Origin: Octopus vulgaris | Lineage: Eukaryota | Assembly: GCA_951406725.2 (NCBI GenBank) | Contig: OX597816.1 | Coordinates: 147,622,001-147,686,000, forward strand | Direction of reading: 5' to 3' | DNA: 64,000 nucleotides | Part shown: piece by piece, positions 1 through 14,217 of the stretch | Layout of the letters: the number at the start of each line of letters is the position of its first letter | How positions within the stretch are numbered: the stretch's first letter is position 1 | The notes under the pieces: model-generated | Database searches by the model: none | Told to the model about the DNA's origin: nothing | What the model saw: the letters and a program-made list of their open reading frames with translations, nothing else | Program-made: the position numbers and the translations under genes

Positions 1-1352
1 GTCAATTACTGAAATATGTCAGCTTGACAGAAAAATACGAAAACTGTTGACAATGCATAGAATGCATCACCCTAAGGCAGATACAGAACGACTTTATCTG
101 CCAAGAAAAGAGGGAGGCCGTGGTCTTTTACAACTGGCAATAACAATGAAGATTGCTACAATTAGCCTAGACACCCCATTGAAAAAGTCTGAAGAATGGA
201 TGTTAAAACTTGTCTCAAAACATGAAAACAAGAAAGCATCATACTCAGTAACAAAACAGGCAAAGGAATATCTAAGTGAATTCCGAATACAACAAATTTA
301 GGAATTAGAGATAGACATACAAGAAACAAGCACAGAAAAAGCTAAGCGCATGAAAACCCGTGCCAAAACTGCGGCCTTAGATATTCTGAATAATAAATAG
401 CAAGAAAAACCTCTCTATGGCAAATACCCAAAGAGAGCGAATAATGCAGATATTGACAAAGCCCTGACCCATCATTGGCTAATGGCCTCTGGCTTAAAAT
501 CTGAAACAAAGGGGTTTATCATAGCAGCTCAAGATCAATGCCTACCAACAAGAAACTACCAGGCCAACATATTAAAGAACGGCAGTAACCCAACATGTCG
601 TGTATGTCGACAACAAAATGAAACCATTGATCATTTTGTCTCCAAGTGCAGTCTTCTAGCGCCTACAGAGTACCTCAACAGGCATGATAGAGCTTCACAC
701 TATATTCACTGGGTAATTTGCAAAAACCTGGATTTGCCCCATGATAAAAACTGGTGGGAACATAATCCACCTCCAGTGCTTGAAAATGACCACATCTCGC
801 TCCTCTGGAACTTCACCATTCAAACTGAGAGAAAGATAGATGCAAATAGGCCAGGCATCATATTGAAAGACTTCAGACAAAGAACATGCCTCCTCATTGA
901 TATTACTGTCCCAATCGATATAAATGTATCTGTCAAGACCTACCAAAAACTGAGCAAAATATAAAGATCTTGAAATAGAAATCAGCAAAATGTGGAAGCT
1001 GAAGACTAAAACAATACCTGTTGTCATAGGTGATCTGGGAATAATAGCGAAAGGGGCTGATTGCTACCTAACTCAGATACCAGGAAACTTCAAAATGGCA
1101 GAAATTCAAAAGATAGTGCTCATGGGAACTGCTCATATCCTACGCAAAATACTCTCTATGTAATCCCAAGGTTTAAAACAAACTTTTTTTTAAAATTTAT
1201 TTATTAGACATTCACTAGTACAACACCAAAAAGAAAACAAATATATGGCACACTAGGCATAACAACAACGTGAACTTCCAACCTGTTGTCTCTTGAGGTC
1301 TCTGGGTGAGACTTGGAGCCAACTTGTACAAACATAAAGCAAAACGTCAAAC

Positions 1353-1418
<66 letters not shown>
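1..1418 (+). mobile_element. 3' part of an R4/Dong-like non-LTR retrotransposon (CCHC + restriction-like endonuclease), 3'UTR and (TAA)n tail; disrupted
   Basis: ORFs 47-301 and 482-964 carry RLYLPRKEGGRGL, CRVC..ETIDH..C zinc knuckle, RHD and RP(D>G)II motifs; coding ends near 1163; (TAA)n at 1356-1418. Confidence 0.9.
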
Positions 1419-1420
<2 letters not shown>

Positions 1421-1587
1421 TCGAAAAATACCCAGGTTCGAAATTTCCGCTAGACACGTGATGAAGCTTGGAGGGTATATCAGCCGAAATGTTGTGTTAA
1501 CAACAAACAAGATGAGAACAAATATCCGTCAAATGTAAATAATGTAAATAATGTACATAACTCCTCATCTCTTAAATATAGAACTGT
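1419..1587 (+). mobile_element. Penelope-like terminal repeat fragment with degenerate hammerhead (1453-1498)
   Basis: Matches the reverse complement of 13981-14110; GACAC-gTGATGA-stem II-GAAAt-GTT-GTGTT. Confidence 0.8.
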
Positions 1588-1699
1588 ATTGAAGAAAATA
1601 TCGTCTAAAATTGTGACTAATTAGAAACAATGCCCTCTTCTCATAAAGTATGGATTCCCGACAAAAAATTTTCAGCGAATAAGAAAGTATCTTTGAAGT

Positions 1700-3330
1700 G
1701 TAAATAAACTGAGAAAAGACAAATGGTGATCAATAGAAATCGAGCTTCAAACGGCTGTTGATAGAAAGGATACAACAGCCTTTTATGAATGAATGAAGAA
1801 AAAAGTGTTTATGGACCTCATCAACATGAATTGTCACCAGTATTAGCTTCGGGTGGATCTACTTCGCTAAATGATAAAGGTAATAGATCCTTAAGCACTT
1901 AAAAGAATATTTCGAAACAGTTTTGAATTCAGCAAATGACATGGATCATAACTTCATTAACGTAGTTTCTTTAGGCCGGAAATTCCTGGATTCGACTTTG
2001 ATCCGACATATGCGGAAGTTAAAAAGGCTATAAAGCAAACGGCATCAGGTAAATCGCCTGGTAATGATGCAATATCAACTGAAGTGTACAGATATGGAGG
2101 TAATATACTCATGCTTTGTATTTGTTTGTTTTGATTTCGAGGAATGTTCAGGTTCCTCGGGAATTTAAAGACTTATTTATTACATGGCTATTTAAAAGAA
2201 AAGTTGGAAAAGAATTGTGTGGCATCCATCGGTGTAAGTCAATGAACACTGTGGCGGGCAAGATCTTTGCTCGAGTTCCTCTTAACAGAATAATAATTCA
2301 CCTGGTAGATCATGTATATATTAAACCCAAGTGTGGCTTCGAAGCTGAGAGATGATATATGGCTTGCGGCAGGTTTCAGGGATAGCACAGGAGAAAAACA
2401 GTGAATCATTTATGATCTTTGTTGACTTAACAAAAGCTTTTGTCTCCTTCACTTGTGATGCTAATTAGATGATCATTGTTATAAGGTCATTCAAAGAAAA
2501 CATGCGAAGTTCTGTTAAGTTAGATTGAGCTTAATATATTTTTCCTGTAAACATGGGACAGCTCCAGGTACCGAAAGTCACCCGTATTTGTGTTTGTTAT
2601 TAACAGTTCTCTAATACTACATTATGCCTTCAGAGCTTGTAATAATGGCGTTTTGCTTGAATTCAGAAAATCAGGTGGGCCCTTCAATGACTCCATGTTT
2701 GCTGATGGTGGTAATTCTAATAGATAATTTTTTTCTCGGGAAGCACAAGAAGTTGTAAGCCGATATTCCTATGCGGCAAAGACATTTAGTCTGACAATCA
2801 GTGTGAAAGAGACAGCAGTCATATGACAACCAAAAGCAACCCCTGTCCATAGAAGAGGCAAATTACTACCTACACACAATACAGTGCGCCATCACGTCAA
2901 ATAGTTGTGAGCAACAAATCTCTTAAGTATATGAAGTTTTTTCTATACTTAGGAAGCAAAACACATTCAAAGGCTTCTTTAGATGATGAAGTTCAAAAAA
3001 GAAACACCAACGCTGGTAATGTTTTTACATAACTGCGAGCAATGTTAAGAAATATGAGAAGATAGATTTGAAAACCGAAACGTCAGTTTTCCACGCTGAT
3101 GTCCCAACATTGCTGAATGGGTCTGAATCGTGGACAATATATAGAAAACACATCACACAACTTGATACATTCTACAAGTAATGTCTTAGAGATTTTGGGG
3201 ATTTCACATAGAGTGACAATGACTCTAATGCATAGTTTTATAAATAATATAAAAAGTACAGACGCCAAGTCGATGTAATCTCAAGTTACATGGGCTGGCC
3301 ATGTAGCTAGATGAATAATGAATGAGTGCC
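1700..3330 (+). mobile_element. Degenerate RTE-clade LINE reverse transcriptase remnant
   Basis: Across frameshifts: KSPGNDAISTEVY, VPREFKD..KIFARVPLNRI, CGF, FVDLTKAF, FADG (YADD position), YLGS. Confidence 0.8.
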
Positions 3331-3416
3331 GCAAATTGATCGTATATATATATATATGCATACCGTCTTCAAAATGTTTCACGTTCTTGTCCCAGTTTGT
3401 GTTTTTTTAACGTTTA

Positions 3417-3469
<53 letters not shown>

Positions 3470-3879
3470 TAGGAATTTTCAAATCCATGCGACTGCGCAG
3501 TGGATTCGAAAAAAATTAAAATGTACAAGCAATTAGACACATGCTGGATTAGCCTCGTTGTTTTTATATTTAATCTATGGCGTCGCTGTTGATAAGACTT
3601 CGCCTGGTAAATAATAATTTTTATTTAGTAAAATAAGTCAGAAACCATGGTCCAGGAATTAGATGGTAAATGTTTTTATTTTTCATTCCCTTCGTGAATT
3701 GCTGGTTTGGACATTAACTGTCCTTTCTAGCGTAGAGGATTCCTGTGATGGAAACCTCTTAATGTGTTTTAATGTACACTGTATTTTATATAATTAATAT
3801 ATAGTCTATTGACTAATTTTTTTACGGTAGGCCAATGGTAGTAAAAATTTCTAAAATTTTTATTACCCTGATATTAATA

Positions 3880-3924
<45 letters not shown>

Positions 3925-3986
3925 TAACATATATATATAGACACACATATATATATATATACATACATACATATATATTTATATAT

Positions 3987-4071
<85 letters not shown>

Positions 4072-4100
4072 AGAAAATAGCAACAAGAATGGATTAGTTG

Positions 4101-4189
4101 TTCAGTACAATTGTTTCATACGAAGAACAGATTTATTAAAAGCTGCAAATATTGCAGCAAATACAAGTGTCCCGTATTCATCAGCCAAA
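4101..4189 (-). ncRNA. Minimal type-I hammerhead ribozyme with intact core
   Basis: Minus strand TTTGG-CTGATGA-ATACGG...TTCGTAT-GAAAC-AATT-GTA-CTGAA; palindromic stem III, GUA triplet; internal hairpin GCTGCAA/TTGCAGC in stem II. Confidence 0.8.
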
Positions 4190-4862
4190 ACACATATGAG
4201 TTTTCCAAACATCCTAGAGGGTGAGGCTACACCCATGAAGTATCGAAGAGAGTTCTATGAAAAGCAATGTTAGATTGTAAGCAGACTTAAAATGTTTTCT
4301 AATGATGCACAGTTTTATAAAAGGCTTTTAAAAAAGATTGTTAGCTTCACAGAAAAGGTAAATCCATCCAGAATAATGCAGGTGTATTTTCCGGAGATAT
4401 GAGGAGAGATTTTATTCTCAGAGAAGATGAATGTATCCATAATAATGAAGATGTAATTTCCTGATATATGAGGAGAAGATGTTGATCACACATCTATTCG
4501 TTTCACAATACTACGTTGTTGGAAGAAGAAATTTGCTATATTGGCTAAAAGTCGCAAAAGAAGTCAGTGAAGTAGAAACCGCCCAAATAAGGACATTATG
4601 GGAGGAAGGGGGTGTAAGTACACAACCTACAAAGTTTAGTTTATTTCTGTGGTGACAGAAAATCTAGGTCAGTGTTGCAGGAATTTAAGATTTATAAGAG
4701 AATATTATTTCTGACCATCAGACAGCTATTGACTGCCACTCCTACAGAGTTAATGGCGGGATAAAAAATATAAAGAAATCAAAGGAAAGAATTAAAGGGG
4801 TCAAAGGCTATCAGTAGAGGGAAATACATTAAGAAATTTAAGTGCAACACTAGAACAGGAGG

Positions 4863-4897
<35 letters not shown>

Positions 4898-5193
4898 TTA
4901 TTGTTTCTATTTATACTAATGTTTCTAAATTGTAAGACAAACTTTAGGTCTATACCTAGATGTCAATTAATTTCTATAGTAAATTCAAAATATAGTGAAA
5001 ATTAAAGTGAAAATTCTTTATATTATTATTAAGGGAGTAGCATTACCTATTAAACTTAGAATAGAATCAGGAAGTATTAGCACTTTATTTGATTTAAGTT
5101 AGGTTAATTAGATTTACTATATAGTCAATTAAAATTTGGCAACGCACAAATACTATTTGTTTCTTTGTGTTCTATATATATATATATATATAC

Positions 5194-5275
<82 letters not shown>

Positions 5276-5504
5276 ATGTATGTATGTACGTACATACATA
5301 AATACATGTACGCACGTCAAAAGCTCTAACAATACTGATCGGGAATACGGCCCAGGGCATGGAGTGAAGCATAGTCTCACACAAGCACCTAAGTGCCAAT
5401 GCACGAAACCCTCAGACCTTATGCCACTCTTTTACTTCTGCTAAATATTAATTAAAATATACATATACTCATATTTTGAGTTTTGTTTTTTCTGTTTGCA
5501 TCAG

Positions 5505-5591
<87 letters not shown>

Positions 5592-5593
<2 letters not shown>

Positions 5594-5710
5594 CCAAATC
5601 CACATACAGGGTTTGATCGGCCCCAAGCTATAGAAGAGGCTACTTACCCAAGCGTCTACGCAGTGAGACTGAACCCGGAATCATGTAGTTGGGAAATAAG
5701 CTTCTTACCT
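5592..5710 (-). mobile_element. SINE fragment, same family as 9900-10043 and 60362-60510
   Basis: Shared GTAAG..GCTT..CCAAC.ACATG..CAGTC.CACT and GTGGATTTGG motifs next to a (TA)n tract. Confidence 0.65.
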
Positions 5711-6084
5711 CGTGTGTCCTTCCAATAAGGAAATTTCAACAATGACCAACCCACCAAACACTTTTTTAAATTGCAGACGTACCACTATTTTCTCGCTTAC
5801 GACAGATAAGGGTGTCGCGCTGTGTATGGGCTAAGCCAGACGTTTTAACTTTTGGAGACATGTAACCGAGCACACTTGCTCGATTTTAAACAACATTGAT
5901 AAAGTGGTTGTTTCCAAAGTACATTGTCTACATCACTTTCTTCTGCCATGCCAAGTCTCCGCTATTTCATAGCACTTGAACCTTAGCTACATAACGCTTT
6001 ATAAATTATATAAGTAAACAATATATAGTGCGTGCATGTGTATGTGTGTGCATGCCTTTATATGTGCGTGTGTATGCATGCACG

Positions 6085-6130
<46 letters not shown>

Positions 6131-6179
6131 TATATATATATAGATAGATAGATAGATGGATCGATAAATAGTTGGATAA

Positions 6180-6252
<73 letters not shown>

Positions 6253-7076
6253 GAGATTGACATCTAAATTAAGTATTTTATGTATATTCGATGTTTTGAA
6301 AAAAATGTTTACATGTTTAAATAATATAGTCACAAAGTAAGCTCCTCGGCGAACGGTAAGTAATAAATTTCACGAAATGGTACGCTACATAGGATACAAA
6401 AGAACGACACCCTCTTGTTATTTGACCATGAAGATCTATAGGGATCCGTTGCCGCACATCATAGAGGATATGAAAGTAAAAGCGAGCGAAATACGTATTA
6501 ATCGAATGCTGCACCATGATACATGAAATCCTCCAAAAATCTAGGTCATCTATGGGACGTATATTTATAGAAAATACATACCAATCTTTGACACAGAATC
6601 ACGAAATGTGCAATAATGTATGATAGCAGCCAAGAATTAACCATTAATGTTATTTATCTGGCAATGACGATTTTATCAGAGGCAACATCGTTCCCATGCT
6701 CACTAGTTGCTTATAAATCATGGAGCAGCGCACCACCAAACCATTACATTCAGAATATGAGATCAAAAGTTTCTTGAAACATCAATGGTGTAAGGAAAAT
6801 TAATGCCCTGCGCTAAACATAAAAGAACAAAAGACTAATATGGAATTATGAAAAATCTTGAATGAAATGGATTAAAATTTAAGACTGTTCTGTCATCAAT
6901 AACGGTTCACTGTTTCTTTATCTCTCTCTTCCCCCTCTCTCTCTCTCTTTCTTTCTCTCTCTCAATGCATACATATAGTGATAGATATATAGATTGGGCA
7001 ATATCTTATATATATATATATATATATATATACAGTCCCACCCCCACTCTCATTTAACGCAGACATGCATTCCCCA

Positions 7077-7125
<49 letters not shown>

Positions 7126-7217
7126 GTGTGTGTATATATATATAGTTATATATATATATATTTATAGATATATATATGTACATATATATATATATAGTTA
7201 TATATATATATATATAG

Positions 7218-7261
<44 letters not shown>

Positions 7262-7897
7262 ACACAAACACACACACATATATATATATACACATATTTA
7301 TATATATATATACGCATATATCTACATACGTATATTCTGTTGTTTCTTTGAATTACAAACAAAATTAAATACAATGCTTATCAGAATATTATCTTCTCAG
7401 ACGAATGAAGTGACAAAGCTGATTTCCAAAGAATTGAAAACAAGAGCGCCATTGTAAATCATGTCAGAAATTCTACCATTTGCTACTTTCAATGTCAGAG
7501 TAAATACGTCATCTAGTTACTTGGCTACAAAGAAAATGTCGGGATTTCCTGTTGCATGACAATCACTTCAAACTTGTTTTGAAATATATGATTGGAGACA
7601 TGGATATTCACATGAAAAATTGACTACTATATAAAGGTTATCACTAGCGGGTTTCTAGAAATTCTTCACGATAAAATCATTGTTAACAATGCTTCTTTTT
7701 AGTCGATAAACGAAAGAGAAATTATATCGTGTTGGAATAAACTAGACGTACATAGTTCTACATATGTTGAGAGAAGTATTGCTTAAAGGAGAAAGGCTGC
7801 AAGAGATTTTCGCAAAGCGTAAATGAAAAGCATACATAAATCTATGTTTGTATGAGGGAACATGTGTCAGTGGCTTGAATTACTTATGTACATGTGA

Positions 7898-8163
<266 letters not shown>

Positions 8164-9819
8164 ATACAGAGAGAGGGAGACAGAGAGAGAAATAATCAAG
8201 ATTCAGTTGAATTAGTAACTTAAGTTGAGGCAGCAAGTCAGTCCGGTATTGTCTGCACTGCTTGAATTTAGGCGTATAAAAGTCAAATAAGTAAGAAGGA
8301 TGTAAAGTTTTTATTGCATATATGCCTTTTTGTGTGTTTGTATATATATATATGTATGTATATATATATATATACGTATGTATGTATGTATGTATGTATG
8401 TATGTATATATGGTATTTTTATACCGTCTTGTATCCTTTAAGATTTTTTGATAATGTTGAAAGTATTTTATATAATTATATTTTTCCAAGGTTTTCAGAT
8501 AAGTTTATCTGTTACAGAATTGATTAAATTATTTTTTGCCCTTAATCTTTGGTTTTCAGTCAACAGAAAACGTGTACACCTTGTCAGCTGATATCTGGAT
8601 TTATTAATGGGTTCATTGTGAATAGTGTTATCGGGACCACCTTAACATTACGCTCAGATGAAGCATTATGAGGGTTTTATTTTATGTAACATAATCCACA
8701 TTTTATGGCTTACATTGGTTTATCTATCCTTCTTCTCTTACTTGGTCCTTAAATCCCTTTCTAAATTTTATTATTTAATATACAAAATATAATGATATGT
8801 AAATTTTTGCTTAATTTGGATATGCAATTTTCCCCTGTACCATTAATGCCCACTTAGATCTCATTACGACCTCCTTTGCTTTCTATTTTAGGCCCCTTTT
8901 AATTGATAATCATAATATAGTTTATGTCAGCTCTGCCCTTCCTGTTTCTGGATATATACCATTATCTTACTGGCATCTTCTGAAGCATCTTCCTTTATGT
9001 AGTCATGACGAATTTATAGTCACAGTAAAATAGAAGTAAGGAAGGATATATGACATAAATTTACTTATCACCGGTATCAATAACTTAACGGTCAAGTCCC
9101 AGTAGTTTCAATTCTAAACGGATGTAGAATACTAGCTGCACTGGATCTTTTGATTGTGAAAGGGGAAAGATGAATGTAGCTATATTACCATTTCTTGACT
9201 CCCATTGAGAGGTTATCAAGCATTAAAGTAATATTTTCAATTATCGCTATGAATAAATTTAACAGTGTTACCTGCTAGTAAGTCAACATTACCACTCAAA
9301 GCATCACTGCAGGAGGAGATGCATATTTGTAAAGTTTTTAAAAATCGTTCATTTTTAAAGTAGCAATAATGCTACGTAAAGTATAAGCGTCTTCTGGATA
9401 ATTTTGTATTGCGTGGAACTTTACATGATAATAGTTTTCCCCATTTTGTTGGTTATAAAATTTTCCTTGTTTTTCATTTCCACAAATTTAGTGTTTATAA
9501 TTTAGAATCATTGTAAAGATGACTCTCCGATGAAGGAATATGAAACATATGATGGTAAAATGAAATTTTAAAAAATAATATAAAATGTCATTTTATCATC
9601 ATATTAAAAAGTGAAACTCCATTGCTATTTCCAAGAAACAAAAACATGTTTAAGACGTTAAAGTCTTTTTTTCTATTTCACATAGTAATAGTACGAATCT
9701 GTTATTTCTTCCTCTTAAAAAAATAAGTAAAAAGTGACCTCCTTCATTTAACAAATAAACACCACTACTACATTTGCATTCTAATTATCATCATTCCTTC
9801 AGTGTTGGTTAATCCCGAA

Positions 9820-9896
<77 letters not shown>

Positions 9897-9899
9897 CAA

Positions 9900-10043
9900 A
9901 GGTTTCTTTCAGTTTTTGTCTACCAAATCCACTCACAGGGCCCGCAGCTATAGTAGAAGACACTCGTTCAGAGTGCCACGTAGTGGGACTGGAACTGGAC
10001 CCATGTGGTTGGTAAGCAAGCTACTTACCACGCAGCCACTCCT
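9900..10043 (-). mobile_element. tRNA-derived SINE, 5' half
   Basis: Minus strand AGGAGTGGCTGCGTGGTAAG A-box-like head ...GTGAGTGGATTTGGTAGAC..AACTGAAAGAA running into (CA)n/(TA)n. Confidence 0.75.
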
Positions 10044-10085
10044 TGCGCTCATCACGGCCATTCATGTGCCGCTCTCTCTGTATAT

Positions 10086-10156
<71 letters not shown>

Positions 10157-10779
10157 ATGATGGTAAGGAAACTATTTATAATATTCGAAATTTTAAACAA
10201 TAATGAGTCATGCATTTTACTGAAACCTGCCAGAAAAGTGCCTAAATTTTTCATTTACTGTGACAATATTCTCTTTTATTTCCTCTCTCTCAATCTTTAA
10301 ATTTTGCCCTGCAATATAAATTCTACTCTCATTCCAAAATTGGATAACTATTAATATTTTAATGTCGCAGAAAAAATATGTTTTTACGAATTCCAAGGGG
10401 AACAAATTAAATGTTCTTCCATACTACACTAGTTATTTATTTCGATGTTTCTCATAACTGTTTAGTTCTTTCACTACTGACTAGTCAATAAGTCATCAGG
10501 TTTGTTTTAAATGAATGCTAATTTAGGGAATGCCGTCCAAATTTACAGAAACAGGAAGTAATATCTATTTCATTGGCAACGAAAAGCCGCAGAAGCTGGG
10601 TGCTTTTTTTAATTACGCAATATTCCCGAAACTTCTTTACTGATTGGCTACTTTCGATTCAGAGAGTTCCAAGTTTATTTATATGTGAGATTTGATTACT
10701 TTAACATAATTTCAGAATCATTGTGATAATCGACGTAGTGCCCTTTGGAGAGTTTATAAAAATTAAATTAAACTTCCTC

Positions 10780-11340
10780 ATGTTGAACCCTCTGACAACC
10801 ATTGGTCAAAATATTCTGAAGCAATGAATTGATATTTTGACAAAAGAATATATGCAAACCAAGTAAATGTTTTTGATAAAGAAGCTCATAAAAATTCTAA
10901 CTACAACTAGATTTATATATAATAAATAAGGGTGTATCAATCCTTTTAAGATGAACTAACTTCGTTAATTCAAAATATCAAATTCAGGAAAACCAATAAA
11001 GCGTTCCAGAGATAACTCCAAATTGTGTGACATTACAAATTCAAACCAGATATTCATAAAATCTGACAAGAATATGAATTGAATAAGCATTCGCACAAAC
11101 GTTACATCGCTAATTCCATTATCAACAACCACAGAAATCCATCTGTAATATATTCAATGCCATAATCATTAGAAGATAAATAAGATCAGCATGAGATATT
11201 GATCCTCTAACGCTGCCTATGATATTGCTTTTACAATATTTAACATAAACGATTAGAAACCTTTCGACTACTTGGCCCAACAAAAGCAGATATCTGAAAA
11301 TTTTGTCAGATACCATATTTCTTATAATATTCCCGAATTG
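10780..11340 (+). mobile_element. Highly degenerate Penelope-like RT N-terminal remnant
   Basis: ELTSLIQNIKFRKTNKAFQ and IFIKSDKN resemble the PLE (A/S)DK(T/G)N region. Confidence 0.45.
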
Positions 11341-11406
11341 AAAGGCCCATATCCCTATAAGCTCTATGGAATAGCAGACTCACAAAAATAAAATGATTTT
11401 AAAATA

Positions 11407-11722
11407 TGGTTCGGTGGTTAGATCGTCGGGCTCACAAACATAAGGTAGTGAGCTTGATTCCTGGACTAGGCTGTGTCTTGTGTTCTTGAGCAAGAAACTT
11501 TATTTCATGTTGCTCCAATCACTCTGCTGTAGAAATGAGTTGCAATGTTACCGGTGCTAAGCTGTATCGGCATTTGCCTTTGTCTTGGATAACATCGATG
11601 GAAAGGGGTAGCTGGTATGCATGGGAGACTGCTGGTCTTCCACAAACAATCGGGTGCCTCGGAGGGAACATTCTCGGTGCAGTCCCATGAACATTTATGA
11701 TCGAAGGGCGTCTTTACACCTT
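11407..11722 (+). mobile_element. tRNA-derived SINE
   Basis: A-box TGGTTCGGTGG, degenerate B-box GCTTGATTCC, then TGTGTTCTTGAGCAAG..ACTT..TGTTGCTCCA shared with 60724-60974. Confidence 0.75.
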
Positions 11723-12359
11723 ACAAAATACCCAATATAGGGTCAATGGAAGTTTGCAAATTTGACAGAGAAATATTACCAGTAGTTGCTCTAAATTTGC
11801 TCAGAGAAATATTGGACTTTATTAGACATGTCTAGTATACCTCAGAAAATAGTAATTATTATGTTCACACATGAACCGATCATGGAATGCATATGGTTGA
11901 GAAGACAATCATGTACATGCATAGGAATATGTGTGAATATAATTATTACAAAATTATAAAGAAGTATCCTCAGGGAAAGAAGCCTTTATATATGTGAGGT
12001 GTTTCATGATATGAATAATGACCAGAATGACAGAATGGTGTAAAACATACCTTTGCTTTGAAATATGGTGTTAAATAATCCCTGACAAAATTGACGATGT
12101 AATTTTTTCCATTATTTTCAAGGTATATTATGATATTTTATGTTAAATATTAAATTGTATATATTATCCATACCACAAACCGATGTAATCAGACAGTTAT
12201 GCTCTAAAAACTTTGCAATCACAATACAATGTTTATGAGAATAGCGGAAAACTCAACTCTCAGATTTACTCATCTCTCAAGGACATTTTACGGAACTTAT
12301 AAACGGCACAGTTACTGTCACTGCTACGACCAATAATGAACTGAAAGAAAAATAACATA

Positions 12360-12919
12360 TCTATATATATAAAACTGTAGTTGTTTGAGTGTCTGTCCCC
12401 TTCGATTTAGATTCCTAACTACTCCCACATTTTGCGGTGCAGTTTAACCAAATTCGGGTATCTTATAGTCGTGATTCATATCGAGCCCGTCTGGGTATTA
12501 ACGCGCGTCTACAATGAGTCTACGATTTTAAAAATAATTTAACATTATTTTTTTCCATTTCTTCCAATTTTGTCGAGTGTCGATGGCGGCGGAGTTGGCG
12601 TCCATGCTCACACCTGCACCTGTGTTGCTTCTCCCCCTTCTTCCCTCCCTCGTGAAGCTGTGGGGAAGGGAGTGTAAGGAAATCAACGTCGTAAAGCGTT
12701 GTCAAGGAGACCAGCGTTCTTTTAGAACAACGACTTCATGGCTTGAAGACACCAAAACAGAAAATGTCTACGATGAGTCAACAATTTAAAAAAAAAATTA
12801 CCATAATTTTTTTTCCATTTTTAATGCCTTTTTTTGCTATTTTTTGGCTATAACCCTCTAAAAATGCTTATATAGTTATTTCCCTTACAAACCCGAGCAA
12901 CGCCGGGCGATACTGCTAG
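12360..12919 (+). mobile_element. Non-autonomous Helitron
   Basis: 5' TC (TCTATATATATAAAA) after A; 3' CTAG before T; subterminal hairpin CCCGAGCAACGCCGGG at 12892-12907; no TSD. Confidence 0.9.
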
Positions 12920-13496
12920 TATTGAATAAATCATTAACTCCGCACCTAAAAGGGAAAGCACAATAACTGTTTTTATTCTTTTGTTCTTTTACATGTTTCA
13001 GCCCTATGGTTGAGGTCATGCTGCAACACCGCCGATCGGAGACTCATCCATTTAGTATAAAACCTATTCATAACACCTCCAGAATAACAATAGCATATAA
13101 TTTATTTACATACATCATAAGGTATTCCCACCCACTCCACAAACATTTAATAAATATTCGAACAAAATACTATCAAACTCCCACGTATTACCACAATTAA
13201 ATTTGTTCATGTGAAATGTTATACTAATCTGTTTAAACCCAATAAATAATTCACTACTCTATACAGTAACAACTGCATAGCAAAGGCAATGACATGCGTC
13301 CATTTGAGCATAATGTTTTTCTGTATTACTTTTATCATAAAATACAAAGTAAAACCTAATAGGCGCGCCCACACGCATAGGCATACACACATGCGCACAC
13401 ACACATACACACGCATATATATATATATATATATGTATATATATGTGTGTGTGTGTGTGAGTGTGTGATTGTGTGTGTGTGTGTGTGTGCGTGTGC

Positions 13497-13561
<65 letters not shown>

Positions 13562-14041
13562 AATATTTAAATCTTTAACTCTTTAAATTGTTTCAGCTTC
13601 AAAGCTGCGGTCATGCTGGAGTACCACAGTTGGCTGTGCTACACCATTATCTGAAACTTGCTCTGATATGTGGCATTTGGTGAATGAGATAGTTTGATGA
13701 TGCTGCCCTCGTTTGATTCCTGACGTGAGGCAGGCTTAATTAGTGAGAGAAAAGGAGATGGAGTTCACAGGAATTCAAGACTAATGAAATCGTAAAATAA
13801 CCTATAGGAGAGACATTTCCAATTACTGGAAGATATAAAGACATCTGCCAGCGCTGAAATTTACCAAATTCTAGTTACAAACATACTTTTTATAAACAGT
13901 TACTCATATCTCCTTTCTTGTCGGCATTTTCATAATGCCTTTCATAGAATATTCTTTATCTAATTTCTATAATTAAAAGTATTAGGAATTATGTACATTA
14001 CTTACATTTGACGGATATTTGTCCTCATCTTGTCTGTTGTT

Positions 14042-14087
14042 AACACAACGTTTCGGCTGATATACTCTCTAGCCTTCATCATGTGTC
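14042..14087 (-). ncRNA. Minimal hammerhead motif with C3>A mutation
   Basis: GACAC-aTGATGA-AGGCT..AGCC-GAAAC-GTT-GTGTT; palindromic AACGTT stem III. Confidence 0.7.
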
Positions 14088-14144
14088 GAACCTGGGTTCT
14101 CATTCGATGTTATTATTAGTTTTCGATGTTATTATTAGTAATCA

Positions 14145-14217
14145 GGTCACTGCCTGGAATCGAACACAACATCTTGGGGTTAGTAGCTCGCGCTCTTAAC
14201 CACTACGCCATATGCCC
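14145..14217 (-). promoter_or_regulatory. tRNA-derived internal Pol III promoter within the PLE terminal repeat (not a functional tRNA)
   Basis: A-box TGGCGTAGTGG and B-box GTTCGATTCC at tRNA spacing; imperfect acceptor and anticodon stems; second partial copy at 52195-52238. Confidence 0.7.

Noticed and set aside
14145-14217. tRNA-Ser(ACT) gene
   Set aside because: Acceptor, anticodon and T stems are broken and the sequence travels with a retroelement; treated as a tRNA-derived promoter.
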